A stretch of 33,868 bases of DNA from Chiloscyllium plagiosum (GCF_004010195.1 NC_057719.1:66846854-66880721); one strand, 5' to 3'; positions 1-12,533 are shown, counted from the stretch's first letter. Notes: a model not told the origin generated them from the letters alone. Numbers and translations: made by a program.

Positions 1-532
1 TTCTCAGTTCCATTCAAATAACTTCCCTGGATGTATTTCCAGGAATATCCTCCCTCAGCACAGCTGTAATGCTATCCCTTATCAAAAATGCCACTCCCCC
101 TCCTCTCTTGCCTCCCTTTCTATCCTTCCTGTAGCATTTGTATCCTGGAACATTAAGCTGCCAATCCTGCCCATCCCTGAGCCATGTTTCCGTAATTGCT
201 ACAATATCCCAGTCTCATGTTCCTAACCATCTGCCTTCCTTTTTAGGCCCTTGCATTGAAATAAATGCAGTTTAATTTATTAGTCCTACCTTGTCCCAGC
301 CTGCCCTGACTGTTTGATTCACTTCTGTTCTCAGCTGTACCCGCCTCAGATCGATCTCTTTCCTCACTGTCTCCCTGGGTCCCCCCCGGCCCCCACCTTA
401 CTAGTTTAAATCCTCCCAAGCAGTTCTAGCAAATTTCCCTGCCAGTATATTAGTCCGTCCTTCTTGTACAGGTCACTTCTACCCCAATGATCCAAAAATG
501 TGAATCCTTCTCCCATACACCAGCGCATTCAT
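1..532 (-). mobile_element. CR1-clade LINE 5' fragment: end of ORF1 (SGNH esterase) and N-terminus of ORF2 APE endonuclease; continues beyond window start
   Basis: Minus-strand translation gives GTNILAGKFARTAWEDLN* (ORF1 end), then KLNCIYFNAR...DWDIVAITETWLRDGQDWQLNVPGYKCYRKDRKGGKRGGGVAFLI (APE motifs ITETW, GY, GGGV), with stops and deletions. Confidence 0.9.
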
Positions 533-1505
533 GTTGACAGACTTTGTAGGGATCATGCAAAGACAAAGGTGAAACATTGAAACACACAACTTTTCAAGCA
601 CAGTCTCTATCAAATATACCAATCATAGATTGATCTCTGTCATCTCCATGGAAGTAAGTCTTCTTCAACTGTGAAGGGTATTTCAATCAAATACTCAGTT
701 AAAAGCTTGTGAAATGATACTGGAAATTTGAGCATACTATTTTCAGAACAGTATTTTACCATCAAGCATTGTCTTTCTGTTTATTCCCCTACTCTTTTGC
801 AGAAGAATGATTGTGCCTAAATTTGGAAGGTGGTGATTTCCACCTATTGTAGACACAAGATAACCACACAGTTTTTTAACTGCTTGACAATTATCGCAAA
901 TGCTTAGCTTATAGCCTGCAGCAAGCTATCGCCACATGATGTAAATAAGAATCAATACCAAGTTATTAGAGATGTGAATTTGCTGTTGCAATGACTATTT
1001 TAGAATGAGTTCAAATTGCCTGAATTGACATTCATTTTTTCCCTTGACTTGGCTGTTATCCCTTCCCAAAAGGATTATCAAAATTGTCTGAAAAAAAGCT
1101 TTAAATATATAGCAGTAATACGAAACAAAAGCAAAGTCTAAATGTATCTCTTTTGTTCATTTAGCACTTAGCATACTGTATCTGTTATATATTAAATATG
1201 CTGATTCATTCAACATTCATTCCAAAATGTATTGGAAACACTTATGTCAGGCTCCATTTATTGGCTAAATATATTCTAAAATGTCAGACTTTGGAAGAAA
1301 CACTAGTTACATCTGTAGATAGCATGTTATTGGTATTTGCAATGTTAAAATATTTACCATGTTGCATAACACATCAGTAGTAGTTTATGTTGCCTGAAAG
1401 TCAGCATGTAATTGCACTAAAAAGACACTGAGTGGCAATGCACGAATCATGAATCCTGTAATAAATTCATAAATTTATGTCAGTGCAGCAGTGTTTGGAT
1501 GGAAG

Positions 1506-1521
1506 TTACAAATTGGATCCA
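1506..1521 (-). CDS. Candidate terminal coding exon of the minus-strand host gene (adds ...NGSNL*)
   Basis: Acceptor tatcttcgtactttctttcag|T GGA TCC AAT TTG TAA is phase-compatible with the 7386-7462 exon; minus-strand AATAAA at 1257-1262. Other acceptors (e.g. 2321, 7302) are possible. Confidence 0.25.
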
Positions 1522-1897
1522 CTGAAAGAAAGTACGAAGATATCTGTGTAAATTGGTCTTTACTGCTGCTTGAAAGTGAAATGAAGTACAGTTTAACTTG
1601 TCTACTGTCCTACTGTCCATTTGTTTTCTGCTTAAATGTCAGCTTCCTCTAACTATGATGGTAAATTTACTTGAGCTCCAAATTGCATTCTAATATGAAA
1701 CATTTGGAACTTTCTCTTCTCATTTGGTTTTCCCTCATAAGACTTCAATTTAAAAGAAAGTCTTTTCCATTCTCCAATGTATTTTTAAACTTTGTCAATT
1801 TTTAATACGGGTACTGAAATTTCACTGAAATGGGCTGTCATTTGCTCGTCAACTCTGACTCCTGTATCAGGCCTTTTCTGATTTCAGATGTCTAGAT

Positions 1898-1950
1898 CCT
1901 TTCCAATGAAAGGACACAACCTGAAATATTAACTGTTTCTCTATTCGCAA
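1898..1950 (+). mobile_element. Highly decayed Penelope-like terminal fragment
   Basis: ttccaatgaaaggacacaacctgaaatattaactgtttctct resembles the ctgatga-stem-gaaacgttaac terminal motif of the other Penelope remnants here. Confidence 0.4.
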
Positions 1951-2945
1951 ATCACTGCTAGTTTCATGGTTATTTTTACGTGAATTCTGATAGAGATACT
2001 AAAACCGGAATTTCTAGAAGCTGCAAAATTACCAAAATTGTTCATTTTTAATCAAGTGATATAATCATTGATTCAGCACTTTGATCTCAACAAATGCAGT
2101 GAAAAAATGTTCATAGTCTAAATTATGTACAGAGATGATTAGATTTCTGGAACATGCTGTTTTATCTGCTGCAGTCTGACAATGAATTGACTGGGTTGAG
2201 CAAGTTATACATTAAAATTAACCAAACGTGGCCCAATTTCTGTCAATAGTTTAACCAGGAATTCTGTGCAATAAATGCATGAATGGATAAAGTCTGGAAC
2301 AGAATTACTGTATACTTAAATCTGTAAATAAGGATGCATAATTCTTTACCTCCCATTGAAGAGAAACAAAAATAAGTTGCACATAGGCTTTTAGAAGATT
2401 AATAGTTTATTGTTATTTTACATTGTTAGTCCATTTTTCTCATTATAGAGCATCAGAGTATTGTTTTGTATTATCTAGAATTCTGCTGTGCTTAAAAGGT
2501 ACTGCTACTAAAATTGGTTATGATTTTGAGTCTTCTTTGCTATCAAACAAAAGAAGATAACTGTGGGAACATAGGACAATGGAACATAGAAACAGGAATA
2601 GGCCATTCGGCCACTTGAGCCTGTTCCACAATGAGATCATAGCTGATCTGTGGCCTCACTCAATATTGGCTTATTTGGCTTATATGCCTTAATACCTTTG
2701 CTGAACAAAAAAATTATGTATCTTTGATTTAAAATCAGCAACTGATCCAGCATTGACTGCCATTTGTGAAAGAGAATTCCAAACATATACCACCCTTTGT
2801 ATGTAGAAGTGCTTCCTGATTTATCTCCGAGACAGTCTAGTCCTATTCCTCAGACTATACCCCCTAGTTCTAGAATTCTGAACTAATGGAAATAGTTTAC
2901 CTTTATCTGCCCTGTCTTTTCCTGTTAATATCTTGAAGACTTATT

Positions 2946-3087
2946 GAGTCATAGAGATGTACAGCATGGAAACAGACCCTTCAGTCCAACCTGTCCATGC
3001 CGACCAGATATCCCAACCCAATCTAGTCCCACCTGCCAGCACCCGGCTCATATCCTTCCAAACCCTTCCTATTCATATACCCATCCA
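2946..3087 (-). mobile_element. Young CR1 (HER1-like) 3' tip, 142 bp
   Basis: Near-identical to the 3' ends at 13760, 22089 and 33024 (gagtcatagagatgtacagcatggaaacagaccc...); possible 4-bp TSD actt. Confidence 0.9.
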
Positions 3088-4069
3088 ACTTTGACCAGAT
3101 CACTTCTTAACTTCCCAAATTTTTAAGAAAACAGGCTTAATTTGTTGAATCTCTTCATAACTTACAGGTATCATTCTTGTAAATCTACGTTGTCGTCCTT
3201 CCAAGGCCAGTATATCCTTCCTAAGGTGTGGTGCCCAGATCTACTCTCAGTAGTCCAAGTGGAGTCTAACCAGGATTTTGTATAACTATAGCATAACTTC
3301 TGCATCCTTGTGCTCCAGTTCTCTAGGTATAAAGGTCAGCATTCCATTAGCTTTCTTGAGTATTTTCTCTATCTGTTTGTAACATTTTAAAGATCTATGC
3401 ACCTGAACCCTCCCAAGTCTCTTTGGACATGCACTATATTAAACTTAATACCATCTAGAAAATACCCTCTTCTGTCTTCTTTAGGCACAAAATGGTTAAG
3501 CTCACATTTGCTTACACTGAAGTCCATCTGCCATAGTTTTGCACATTCATAGTCTATCAATATCCATTGTAATTGTATGCTATCATCTACAATGCCGGAA
3601 AACTTTGTGCTATCAGCAAATTTGGATATATGATTTTCTGTGATGTTATCCAAGTTGTTAATAAATAATGTGAATAATTGAGGGTAAAGTGCAGATCCTT
3701 ATAGAACACCACTACTCTCACACTGGCAATTTAAATACTTAGCCATTATCCCTATTTTCTGTCAACTTCCATTCAGCCAATTTCCCAGCCATGTTAGTAA
3801 TCTTTCATCAATTCTGTGGACGTTTGCCTTAGTCAACAGTCTTTCATGTGGGACTTTATTAAGTGTCTCCTGAAAGTCCATATAAACAATATCCATAGAT
3901 ATTCCCCTGTCCACTACCTGAGTTAAGTCTTGAAAAAGTTAAGCAGGATTCGTTAATCAACAGACGTTAGACTAATTGGACTGTAATTCCTTGGATTTCC
4001 TCTTTTGCCCTTTTTAAAAACCGAGTGTCATGGGCAATTTTCCAAGAACTCTGAAAGATTATAATTAGG

Positions 4070-4845
4070 GTGGTCATAATGTAGATAACTGAGAGGTCTT
4101 GCATTTTGTAGAGTCAAATCATGGTGAATGGTCGGGCCTTAAGAAGTGTAGTGAAGCAGAGGGACCTTGGAGTTCAGGTGCATGGTTTTCTGAAAGTGGA
4201 ATCACAGGTAGAAGGGACAATGAAGAAAGCTTTTGGCATACTGGCCATTGTTAGTCAGGGCATTAAGTATAGAATTGGGAAGTTATATTGCATTTGTACA
4301 GGATATTGGTGAGGCCATACTTGGAATATTGTGTTTTTTGGTCACCTTGCTGTAGGAAGAATCTTATTAAAAAGTGAAAGAGTGCAGTAGAAATTTACAA
4401 GGATGTTGCCAGGACTCCAGACCTATTGGGAGAGGTTGGACAAGCTAGGACTTTTTTCTTTAGAGCATAGGAGACTGAGAGGGGATCTTATTGAAGATTA
4501 TGAGAGACATGAATAGGGTGAATGCACTCGGTCTTTTTCCCAGGCTTGGGGAATCAAGGCATAGAGGGCAGCAGTTTGAGGTTAGAGGGGAAAGAATAAA
4601 AGGGAACTTGAGGGGCAAGTTTTTACACAGAGGGTGGTATGCATATGGAATGAGTTGCCAGCAGAAGTGATTGAGGCGGGTACAGTAGCAATATTTAAAA
4701 GGCATTTGGACAAATATATGGATGGGAAAGATTTAAAAAGATATGGGCCAAGTACAGGGAAATGGGGTTAGCGTGGATGGACATTTTGGCCGCATTAACA
4801 TTTGGGCCGAAGGGCCTGTCTCCATGCTATAGGACTTTGTGACTA
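4070..4845 (+). mobile_element. CR1 LINE 3' fragment (RT C-terminus and 3' UTR), nested antisense in the older CR1
   Basis: ORF 4121-4312 QRDLGVQVHGFLKVESQV; ends gggccgaagggcctgtctccatgctataggactttgtgacta. Confidence 0.9.
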
Positions 4846-5130
4846 ATGTGCTCCCCTACTGTCTTTAACACCCTCAGATGAAAATTGTCAGGTCCTGAGT
4901 TTTGTCAGTCTTTGGTTCCATTAATTTCCTCATTACCGATGTTTTACTTACATTAACTTTATTCAGCCCCTGTTCCCAACCTACTATTAATTTCCTCAGG
5001 ACTTCAACAATCTAACCTCTTGCTATAAATACTGTGGCAAAGTAATTCTGCAACATTTCCCCAAAGTCTTTAAAAATATCCCCACTCTCAGTTTTTAGTG
5101 GGCCATTATTTCTCCTGATCCATTTTCCCT

Positions 5131-5378
5131 TTAGATTAGATTAGATTAGATTAGATTAGATTAGATTAAATTCTCTACAGTGTGGAAACAGGCCCTTCGG
5201 CCCAACAAATCCACACCGCCCCTCCAAAGAGAAGCCCACCCAGACCCATTTCCCTACCCTATATTTACCCCTGACTAATGCACCTAACCTGCACATCTTT
5301 GGATTGTGGGAGGAAACTGGAGCATCCAAAAGAAATCCACTCAGACACAGGGAAAATGTGCAAACTCCACACAGACAG
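5131..5378 (-). mobile_element. HE1-type V-SINE, 5'-truncated, with (TTAGA)n tail
   Basis: (TTAGA)7 at 5131-5165; CR1-like tail tgtggaaacaggcccttcggcccaac; V-domain core tgtgggaggaaactggagca...tgtgcaaactccacacagacag. Confidence 0.88.
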
Positions 5379-5499
5379 GTGGAAATATAACTATAATATT
5401 TCTTCTTATTGATTTTGATATCCCTGGCAAATTTCCTTTGATATTCCCTTTCAGTGGTTCTTATAAGCTGCTTTGTGACCCTTTGCTTGTGTTTATATC

Positions 5500-5866
5500 A
5501 ACTACACGGTATCAACATCGACTTCACTAGTTTCCAAATTTCCCCTCCCCCCACCCCATCCCAGATTCAACCCTCCAACTTGGCACTGCCTTGTTGATCT
5601 GTCCTACCTGTCCATCTTCCTTCCCACCTATCTGCTTCACCCTTCCCACCAATCTCACAATTACCTATCACCCGCATTCACCTATCGTCTTCCCGCCTAT
5701 CTTACCCCAGCCCCACCCCTCTATTTATCTCTCATCCCCTTTCCCCTTCCACATTCCTGAATTATGCCTGAAACGTTGACTCTCCTGCTCCTCAGATGCT
5801 GCCTGACCTGCTGTGCTTTTCCAGCGCCACTGTTTTCAACTCTTGTCTCTCCAGCATCTGGAGTAT
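5500..5866 (+). mobile_element. Penelope-like element 3' end and pseudo-LTR
   Basis: Starts with ORF C-terminus GINIDFTSF, then a C-rich UTR and a terminal block (cctga...gaaacgttgactc...gatgctgcctgacctgctgtgcttttccagc) shared with 6980-7040 and 12538-12628. Confidence 0.8.
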
Positions 5867-6516
5867 TCACTTTTTCATTTGTATCTTTCCTATTCAGCAG
5901 CATCTTTCCTATTCAGCTGTTTGCATTTTTGTAAACTCTTTCTTTTCATTTTATGCTGTCTCTTATCTTTTTAGTTGTCCATGGTTGTTTTTTCTGTAAA
6001 GTGGAGCCTTTCTACCCGGGGTATAAACTGATTTTGTGTTGTGTTAAATGATTGTTTAACCAAACTGTATTGTTCTTGAGTTGTTTTATCCATTAACCTA
6101 TTTTCCCACTCAAATCTAAAACTCTGGTGGCTGATTCATGCTTTTCACTTTCAAATGCTACCTTAAACTTGATCATGTTATAACCACTTTTGAAATATGT
6201 TCACACAAATTAGGTTACTAATTAAATCCGGCTCATTACTCATTACAAAATCCAATATTGCTTGTCCCTGTGTTGCATTCAGGGAATATTTATGTAGGAA
6301 ACTATCCTGGACACATTCCAGAAATTCACTACCTTTCTGACAGGTGCTTATCTGCTCTCCCAGTATGTGTTAAAGTTAAAATCCAGCACTAATACTCCAC
6401 AGGATTTGCTATACACTTGCCTAATTTCTGCATTTGCACAACCCAACACTTCAGAGCTGCTACCAGGGTATCTGTACACACCTTTAGATCCTTTACTGTT
6501 CCTCAGTTCCTCTCAT

Positions 6517-7040
6517 TAGGAGACAGTAAGGACTGCAGATGTAAGAAGTTGAAGGTTCATGGAGCATCTGCGCTTTGCATGCATTAACCAATCCAACCTT
6601 CCAGCTGCCATCCACTTTAATTCACCCTCCCACTCCCTTGGTTACATGTCTATCTTTGGCTTCCTCCAATGTCACAGTGAGGCTAAATGGAAACTGAAGG
6701 AACAGCACCTTATACTTTGCCTGGGAAGCTCACAGTCCAATGGCCTCAACAACAACTTCACCGGCTTCAAAATCTGTCCTCCCCCAGCCTTATCTGATGT
6801 CTAGCACCATCCTTCCTCCTTGCCTCCCTGACCTGTCCTAATGTGTCCATCTTTCTACTCCCTATCCACCATCCTTCCCACTGACCCCCTACCTGCATGC
6901 ACCTATCACCATCCCACCCACACTTCTCTGAGCCCCACGCCCCTCCCTCTATGGACCTCTGGCTCCCTCCCCTTCCCCAGTCCTGATGAAAGGTTTTGGC
7001 TCCTCAGATGCTGTCTGACTTCCTGTGGTCTTCCAGCTGC
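6517..7040 (+). mobile_element. Penelope-like element: GIY-YIG endonuclease C-terminus and pseudo-LTR
   Basis: ORF 6559-6804 EHLR...LPAAIHFNSPSHS...KLKEQHLILCLGSSQSNGLN, typical of the PLE endonuclease tail; short inverted terminal stub ggagacagtaaggactgcagatg at the 5' end. Confidence 0.85.
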
Positions 7041-7385
7041 ATTCATACATCCTCCACTGAATACCTTCCAGTTATTATATCCTCCCTCACTATTGAACTG
7101 ATTTTGTTTCTAATCAGTAAGGCTACTCCACCTCGTCTGCTATTTTCCCCCTCAGTCCTGTAAATCTTACGATCTTATAATGATTGGAGGTAATAGTTAT
7201 TGAACGCCAGTGTGAAATTTATGTTTTTTTAAAATATTTTACACTGATAATACCCACCATACATATTACGTGTGGCAAATACAGAATCAACAAAATACGT
7301 TTCTGCATAAATGTAGGAAAAGCACATGAAAGCATCGGAAATACACAGCAACTGCAGGCTGATAGTTGCTCTTTCACTGACTTAC

Positions 7386-7462
7386 TTAAAACACACCCTG
7401 CTGTATAAACCTTCCATTGCACCTGTGGTAAATGGTAGAGACCACCAATCTATTCTAGTTTC
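7386..7462 (-). CDS. Internal coding exon (77 nt, phase 0 to 2) of an unidentified host gene: ETRIDWWSLPFTTGAMEGLYSRVCF
   Basis: Acceptor gcatttttttttgcag|GAA, donor AA|gtaagt; only one of three frames is open, and it is the frame required by the upstream exon. Confidence 0.65.
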
Positions 7463-8234
7463 CTGCAAAAAAAAATGCATTTTACAACTGCTGTATTTTA
7501 AAGTGAGATTAGAATTGATCATTTTTGGGTTTTGAGATGACTTTTTTTGACAATGTAATATATGTGTGTGAGAGAGAAATGACACATTACCCAATACAGC
7601 TGATGTTCACTATTAGTATTGACAGTGCAAATATTTTTCATAATAAAGATCTTAATGTCTCACGGTGGAACAATTATGTGCTGATCTGTTCAACAAGATG
7701 TTATGTTGCACAGCTAAAGGTTTTGGTAACATCCTCAATCAGAATGCGACATGAACTGTAGGGAAAGCAACTGTTTTAAGGTTATGGAGGTTCAAGACTA
7801 GATCTAGTTTAACTGCAGTTGGAGTAGGAAAGTCAAAGTGAGGATCTTTACAGTTTCATTGGCCTATCATTTACAGGTTTTAAACCACTAAAAAGTGCAT
7901 GACCTGACCACATTCTGAGCACCTGACAACTTTTCTTCTGTAAGTATTTAGAGTTAGTAGAAAGAACATTGAAACACTGAATGGAAAAATGGTAAGAAAC
8001 TTAAAACTTGTTAAAACTTAATTTTGATTTCTTGGTAAGTTCTTTTTAAATTTGCTTTGAAAATTATTGTCAGCTTCATTCCTGTTACTATGACGAAAGT
8101 TTTCTGTTAGCTAACTTTAAAATAATGTTGTAAACATATTCTGTGGTTGTCAGTGCAAGTTTAAGGATGCACATGTTAAACAAAAGAAATAAACTAAAAG
8201 CATTGCTATACGTTTTCTGTGATAAAATACATAC

Positions 8235-8289
8235 CAATAGCTCAATGCTATATTGAGGGAAATATTTTGATTCTTCAGGCTTCTGTGAA
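8235..8289 (-). CDS. Internal coding exon (55 nt, phase 2 to 0): (S)SQKPEESKYFPQYSIELL
   Basis: Acceptor ttgacattacattttag|T, donor TTG|gtatgt; exactly bridges the phases of the 106-nt and 77-nt exons. Confidence 0.6.
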
Positions 8290-8982
8290 CTAAAATGTAA
8301 TGTCAAGCTGTTTTTATAAATAAATATGTAGAAAAATTAATTAAAATAGTGAAATAGTTTTCTTTTAATACAAGTTGTTTGTTTACTGCAAAAGTATAAC
8401 ATTAATAATTTATAGCATCTAAATTATGTGTTGTGTTGGAATCCTGTAAATATAATTAGGTATTCTAATTGGAAAAACACGATAGATGCAAGTTAGAATT
8501 TTAAAACATATCAATATATCCAAGGGGAGTTTTGTGAATGTTCGAGGTTTGGTTTGGCTGTATTTTTGAATGGAGTAACTGAAATAAAGATGCAAGGTTA
8601 TTTGTTTAGTGTAGGCCAGGTAGGCCTATTCCCCTTAGTGGCGCAATACCATGCGTAGAAATATAGATAGGAATAGAAATCAGATCAATATTTTATCCTT
8701 AAATGAAACATTAATAATTTATAGCATATAAATTATGTGCTTCGAGTGGCTCAATACCGTGCATAGAAATATATAAGAATATAAAGCAAATCCTGTCTTC
8801 ATCATACAATCATAAAAGGATGAATAATATGTGAACATACAGAACAAAATTAAACTTTTGTTCCTCAAATCTATTGTGCCTTTCAATTCAATCCTTATCA
8901 ATCTGCGCAAAATCTACACTTAACTAGCATTGCTACATATCTGTGGAATAGCAGCGTGTAAGAAGAATTGATTTCACCTTAC

Positions 8983-9088
8983 GACAAGTTGACTATTGCA
9001 AGTGCACCCTGCCAGTTTTGCATTGCTAAGGTAGTACTAATGTCAGCAAGCTTAGTATGTTGTGCACTGGAAAGTAAGCATGCCCTGG
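8983..9088 (-). CDS. Internal coding exon (106 nt, phase 1 to 2): RACLLSSAQHTKLADISTTLAMQNWQGALAIVNL
   Basis: Acceptor tctgtttttttttgtttacag|CC (alternative AG 4 nt downstream), donor TC|gtaagg; only one frame open. Confidence 0.62.
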
Positions 9089-9329
9089 CTGTAAACAAAA
9101 AAAAACAGATTTAACCATTTAATAAGATAAAATCTCAAGGGATTTTAGCATTTCATAAGGTTTTAAATAGTTTCTGCATTAAGCCAAAAGAACTATGTTA
9201 TTCATCTTTTGAATCTGTCAAAGAAAACAACTCAACATCTTATTATTATGATATTAATTGTGCTAGTCCAGGACAATGGTGGAGTTCAGCATTAGCATTA
9301 AACAGTCTGAAATGTCTTTTTTTTTTGAA

Positions 9330-9955
9330 AATTGGAGAGACTTAATAACTAAGAAATATTTAAAAGAGGTGATGGCATGCCTCATGAAACAGAACTGTGA
9401 ACTGTGAGAAGGAAAATGGCAGATGTCAAGAGAATATAGATAAATTGGTGGAATGAGTGGGTAAAGTTTGTAGATGTAACTTAATGCAGAAATTGGAAAG
9501 TGATACATTTTGACAGGAAGAAGGAAAAGCAATGACATGATCTGAAGGGAGAGCTGGAACAGAGAGACTTGAGGGTGTACGTGCACAAATCATTGAAGCT
9601 GGCAATGCAAGTTGAGAAAGAATTTAAATAGGCAGATGAGATTATGGAATTTATAAAGGAACAGAATACAAAAGTAAGAAAGTTATGTTAAAGTACTGGC
9701 TTGGTCCCAACTAGAGTATTGTGTTCAATTCGGGGCACTGCTGTTTCGGAAAGATTGCTTTAAAAAGACTGCAGAAAATATTTATGAGAATAATTATAGG
9801 GATGAGGACAGATTTTACGTGGACAGATTGGACAAGCAGGAATTGTTTTATCAGTAAAGAGAAGGTTGAGAAGAGATTTGATAGTGGTATTCAAAACCAT
9901 GAAGGATAGAGAAAAATTGTTCCCATTGGCAGAAGGGTTGAAAACACACCAATGT
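9330..9955 (+). mobile_element. Old CR1 LINE RT C-terminal fragment
   Basis: Degenerate DKL..W...FN..K...RDL.V.VHKSLK...LEYCVQF motifs (agagacttgagggtgtacgtgcacaaatcattgaag; ctagagtattgtgttcaattc). Confidence 0.75.
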
Positions 9956-9956
9956 A

Positions 9957-10856
9957 AGTCACACTTTTCCAGATTAATTTCCATTTACCATTGCTCTACT
10001 TGTCTGATCAGCCTATCTATATTGTCCTGTAATTAAAAGTCATCCTCCTCACAATTTACCACACCGCCAATTTTCATGTAACCTGTGAACTGACTGATAA
10101 AATCTTCTATAATCATGTCTGGGTCATTAATGTATACAACAAACAGCAAGAAATCTAGCAACGGACCCAATGGTATGCCACTGGACACAGGCTACAATCA
10201 CAAAAACTGCATCACTCTCTTCCTCCTGCCACAACGCTAATTTTGATAACAATTTGCAAAATTACCATTTATTTCATGGGTTCTTACCTTCTTTACTAGT
10301 CTTCCATGTGAGGCTTTGTCAAAAACCCTTGCTAAAGTCCATGTAGATTACATTCACTGGATTGTCCTCATTCATGCATATAGTCACCTCCTTAAAGATA
10401 TCAATGAAACATGATCTCCTGACAAAACCATCCAGACTATTCTTGATTAATACTTGCCTCTCCAAATGAAGATTAATTCTATCCTCAGGGTTTTATCTAA
10501 TAGTTTCCCTACCATACATGCTAAACTCTCTGGCCTATAGTACCCTGTCTTATCCTGACCACCTGTCTTGAATAATGGTACCACATTAGCTGACCTCCAA
10601 TTCTCTGGCACCTCTCCCGTGTCCAGAGAGGATGTGAAAATTAATGTCAGGGTCGCTGTAATTTCCTCTCTTGCCTCCCATAGTAGCTTGGGATACATCT
10701 TATCTGGGCAAGGGCACTTATCCAAGTTTAAGCCTACTAAAGCTTTTAATATGTCCCCTCTCTCAATTGTAATTTTTGAAGGTGTATCATAGTGTTCTTC
10801 CCTTTTTTCTGTACTTACATCATTCTTCTCTGTTGTAAATACTGATGTAAAGTACA
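9957..10856 (-). mobile_element. CR1 LINE ORF2 fragment (linker and RT)
   Basis: ORF 10447-10857 YFTSVFT...KCPCPDKMYPKLL...GEVPENWRSANVVPLFKTG. Confidence 0.9.
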
Positions 10857-11227
10857 CAGTAAGCAGTGTGTACTATCTATAAGATGCACTGCCCAAAGTT
10901 CACCAAAGACCCTTAGACAGACTCTTACAAACCCACAACCATTATCATGTCTTGAAGGACAAGGGTAAGGGGTACATGGGAACACCACCACCACCTGAAC
11001 ATTTCCCTCCAAGCCATTCACCATCTGATTTGAAAACATATTGCTCCTTCAGGGTTGTTTGGTCAAAATCCTGGAATTCCCTCCCTAACAGCATTGTGGG
11101 TCTAACTGTGCATGGATTGCAAAGATTCAGAAACCAGCTCACCACCACCTTTTAAGGGGGAAACAGGGACGGACAATAAATGCAGACTAAGCCAGCAATG
11201 CCCATGTTCCATGAGTGAATAAAAAAA
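10857..11227 (+). mobile_element. 3' end of a second LINE family (CR1/L2 group)
   Basis: ORF tail SKSWNSLPNSIVG...GLQRFR; ends ...caataaatgcagactaagccagcaatgcccatgttccatgagtgaataaaaaa; homologous to 18620-18996. Confidence 0.8.
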
Positions 11228-11242
11228 TGATCCATTTGTTAA

Positions 11243-11575
11243 AGGGGAGATGATGGCCTAGTGGTATTATCCAGCGACCCAGATAACTAACCCAGATTTA
11301 AATTTCACCTTAGCAGATGGTGGAATTTGAATGTGATTAAAAATCTGGAATTAAGAGTCTAATGATGACCGTGAGTCCATTGCCAATTGTTGGGAAAACC
11401 CATCTAGTTCACTAATGTTCTTTAAGGAAGGAAACTGCCATCCTTACCTGGTCTGGCCTACATGTGACCCCAAACCCACAGCAATATGATTGACTCTAAC
11501 TGACCCCTGAGCAATTAGGGATGAGCAATAAGTGCTGGCCTAGTTGGCGATGTCTTCATCCCATGAATTAATATT
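11243..11575 (+). mobile_element. tRNA-derived SINE sharing its 3' tail with the adjacent LINE family
   Basis: A-box-like tggcctagtgg near the 5' end; central ggaaggaaactgccatccttacctggtctggcctacatgtgac; tail gcaattagggatgagcaataagtgctggcctag...cccatgaat matches 11160-11220. Confidence 0.8.
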
Positions 11576-11589
11576 TTTTTTTATAAAAG

Positions 11590-12533
11590 CTCTTGGCTCT
11601 TGTGTTCAAAGACTCAACTAATAAAATCAAATATCCATATGCCTCCTTAGCCACTTGTCCTGTTGCTTTCAAGGATCTATGGACATGTAAATCATGGTCC
11701 CTCTGATTCTCTGCACTTTCTATCGTTTATTGTGTATCTCCATGCCTGCCAAAATGCATCACCTCACACATTTCCAGATTAAATTCAATTTGCCATTGTG
11801 CTATCCATCTGACCAGCTTATCAATATTGTCTTGTAATCTAAGGTTTTCTTCTTCACTATTTACCGCTTCACCAATTTTCATGTCATCTGTGAACTTACT
11901 GATCATACCTCCTACACGCTTGTCTAGATATAATTAATGTAAATAACAAACAGCAAGGGACTCAGCATTGAATCTGATTGCATTGGACAAATGCTTCCAA
12001 TCACGAAAATACCTTTCAGCCATCACCCTCTGCCTCCTGCTACTAAACTAATTCTGGACCCAATTTATAAAATTGCCATGGATCCCATTCTTCACTGGTC
12101 TTTTATGCAAGACTACATCAAAAAACGTTACTAAAGTCCATGGAGATTACATTCACAGACCTTCCCTCATCAGTACATCCAGTCTCCTCCTCAAAAATCT
12201 CAATGAGACATGATGTCCCCTGACAAACCCATGCTGACTATCCTTGATTACTACATGCCTCCCAAAGGGAGATTAATTCTATCTCTTAGAAGTTTTTACA
12301 GTAGTTTCCCATCCACTGATTTTAAACTCCTTTGTCTATGGTACCCTGATTTATTTCAACCACCCTTCTTGAATACTAGTATGACATTAAAGATCCTCCA
12401 TTCTGCTGACACCAGTCCCATTTCCAGAGAGGATTTGAAAATTTATGTCAAAGTCCCTGCAATCTCCTCCTTTGCTTCCCACAGTGGCCTCTGTTTCATC
12501 TCAACTGTGCAAAGGGACTTATCCAATTTTAAG
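11590..12533 (-). mobile_element. CR1 LINE RT fragment, same subfamily as 9957-10856
   Basis: Aligns collinearly with 9957-10735 and with the younger copy 14400-15258. Confidence 0.85.

Larger units (their letters stand above)
2567..7180 (-). mobile_element. Old CR1-clade LINE (3' end at ~2567, RT ~3100-3950, endonuclease to ~7180) broken by five nested insertions
   Basis: ORF 3387-3653 has ISKFADSTK...WQMDFSVSKC...QRDLG (CR1 RT). Collinear degenerate ORF2 resumes at ~4846-5130, 5380-5500, 5870-6515 and 7045-7180. Short-repeat tail gaacatag at the 3' end. Confidence 0.8.

Noticed and set aside
7877..7939. Plus-strand acceptor/donor pair
   Set aside because: Stops in all three frames.
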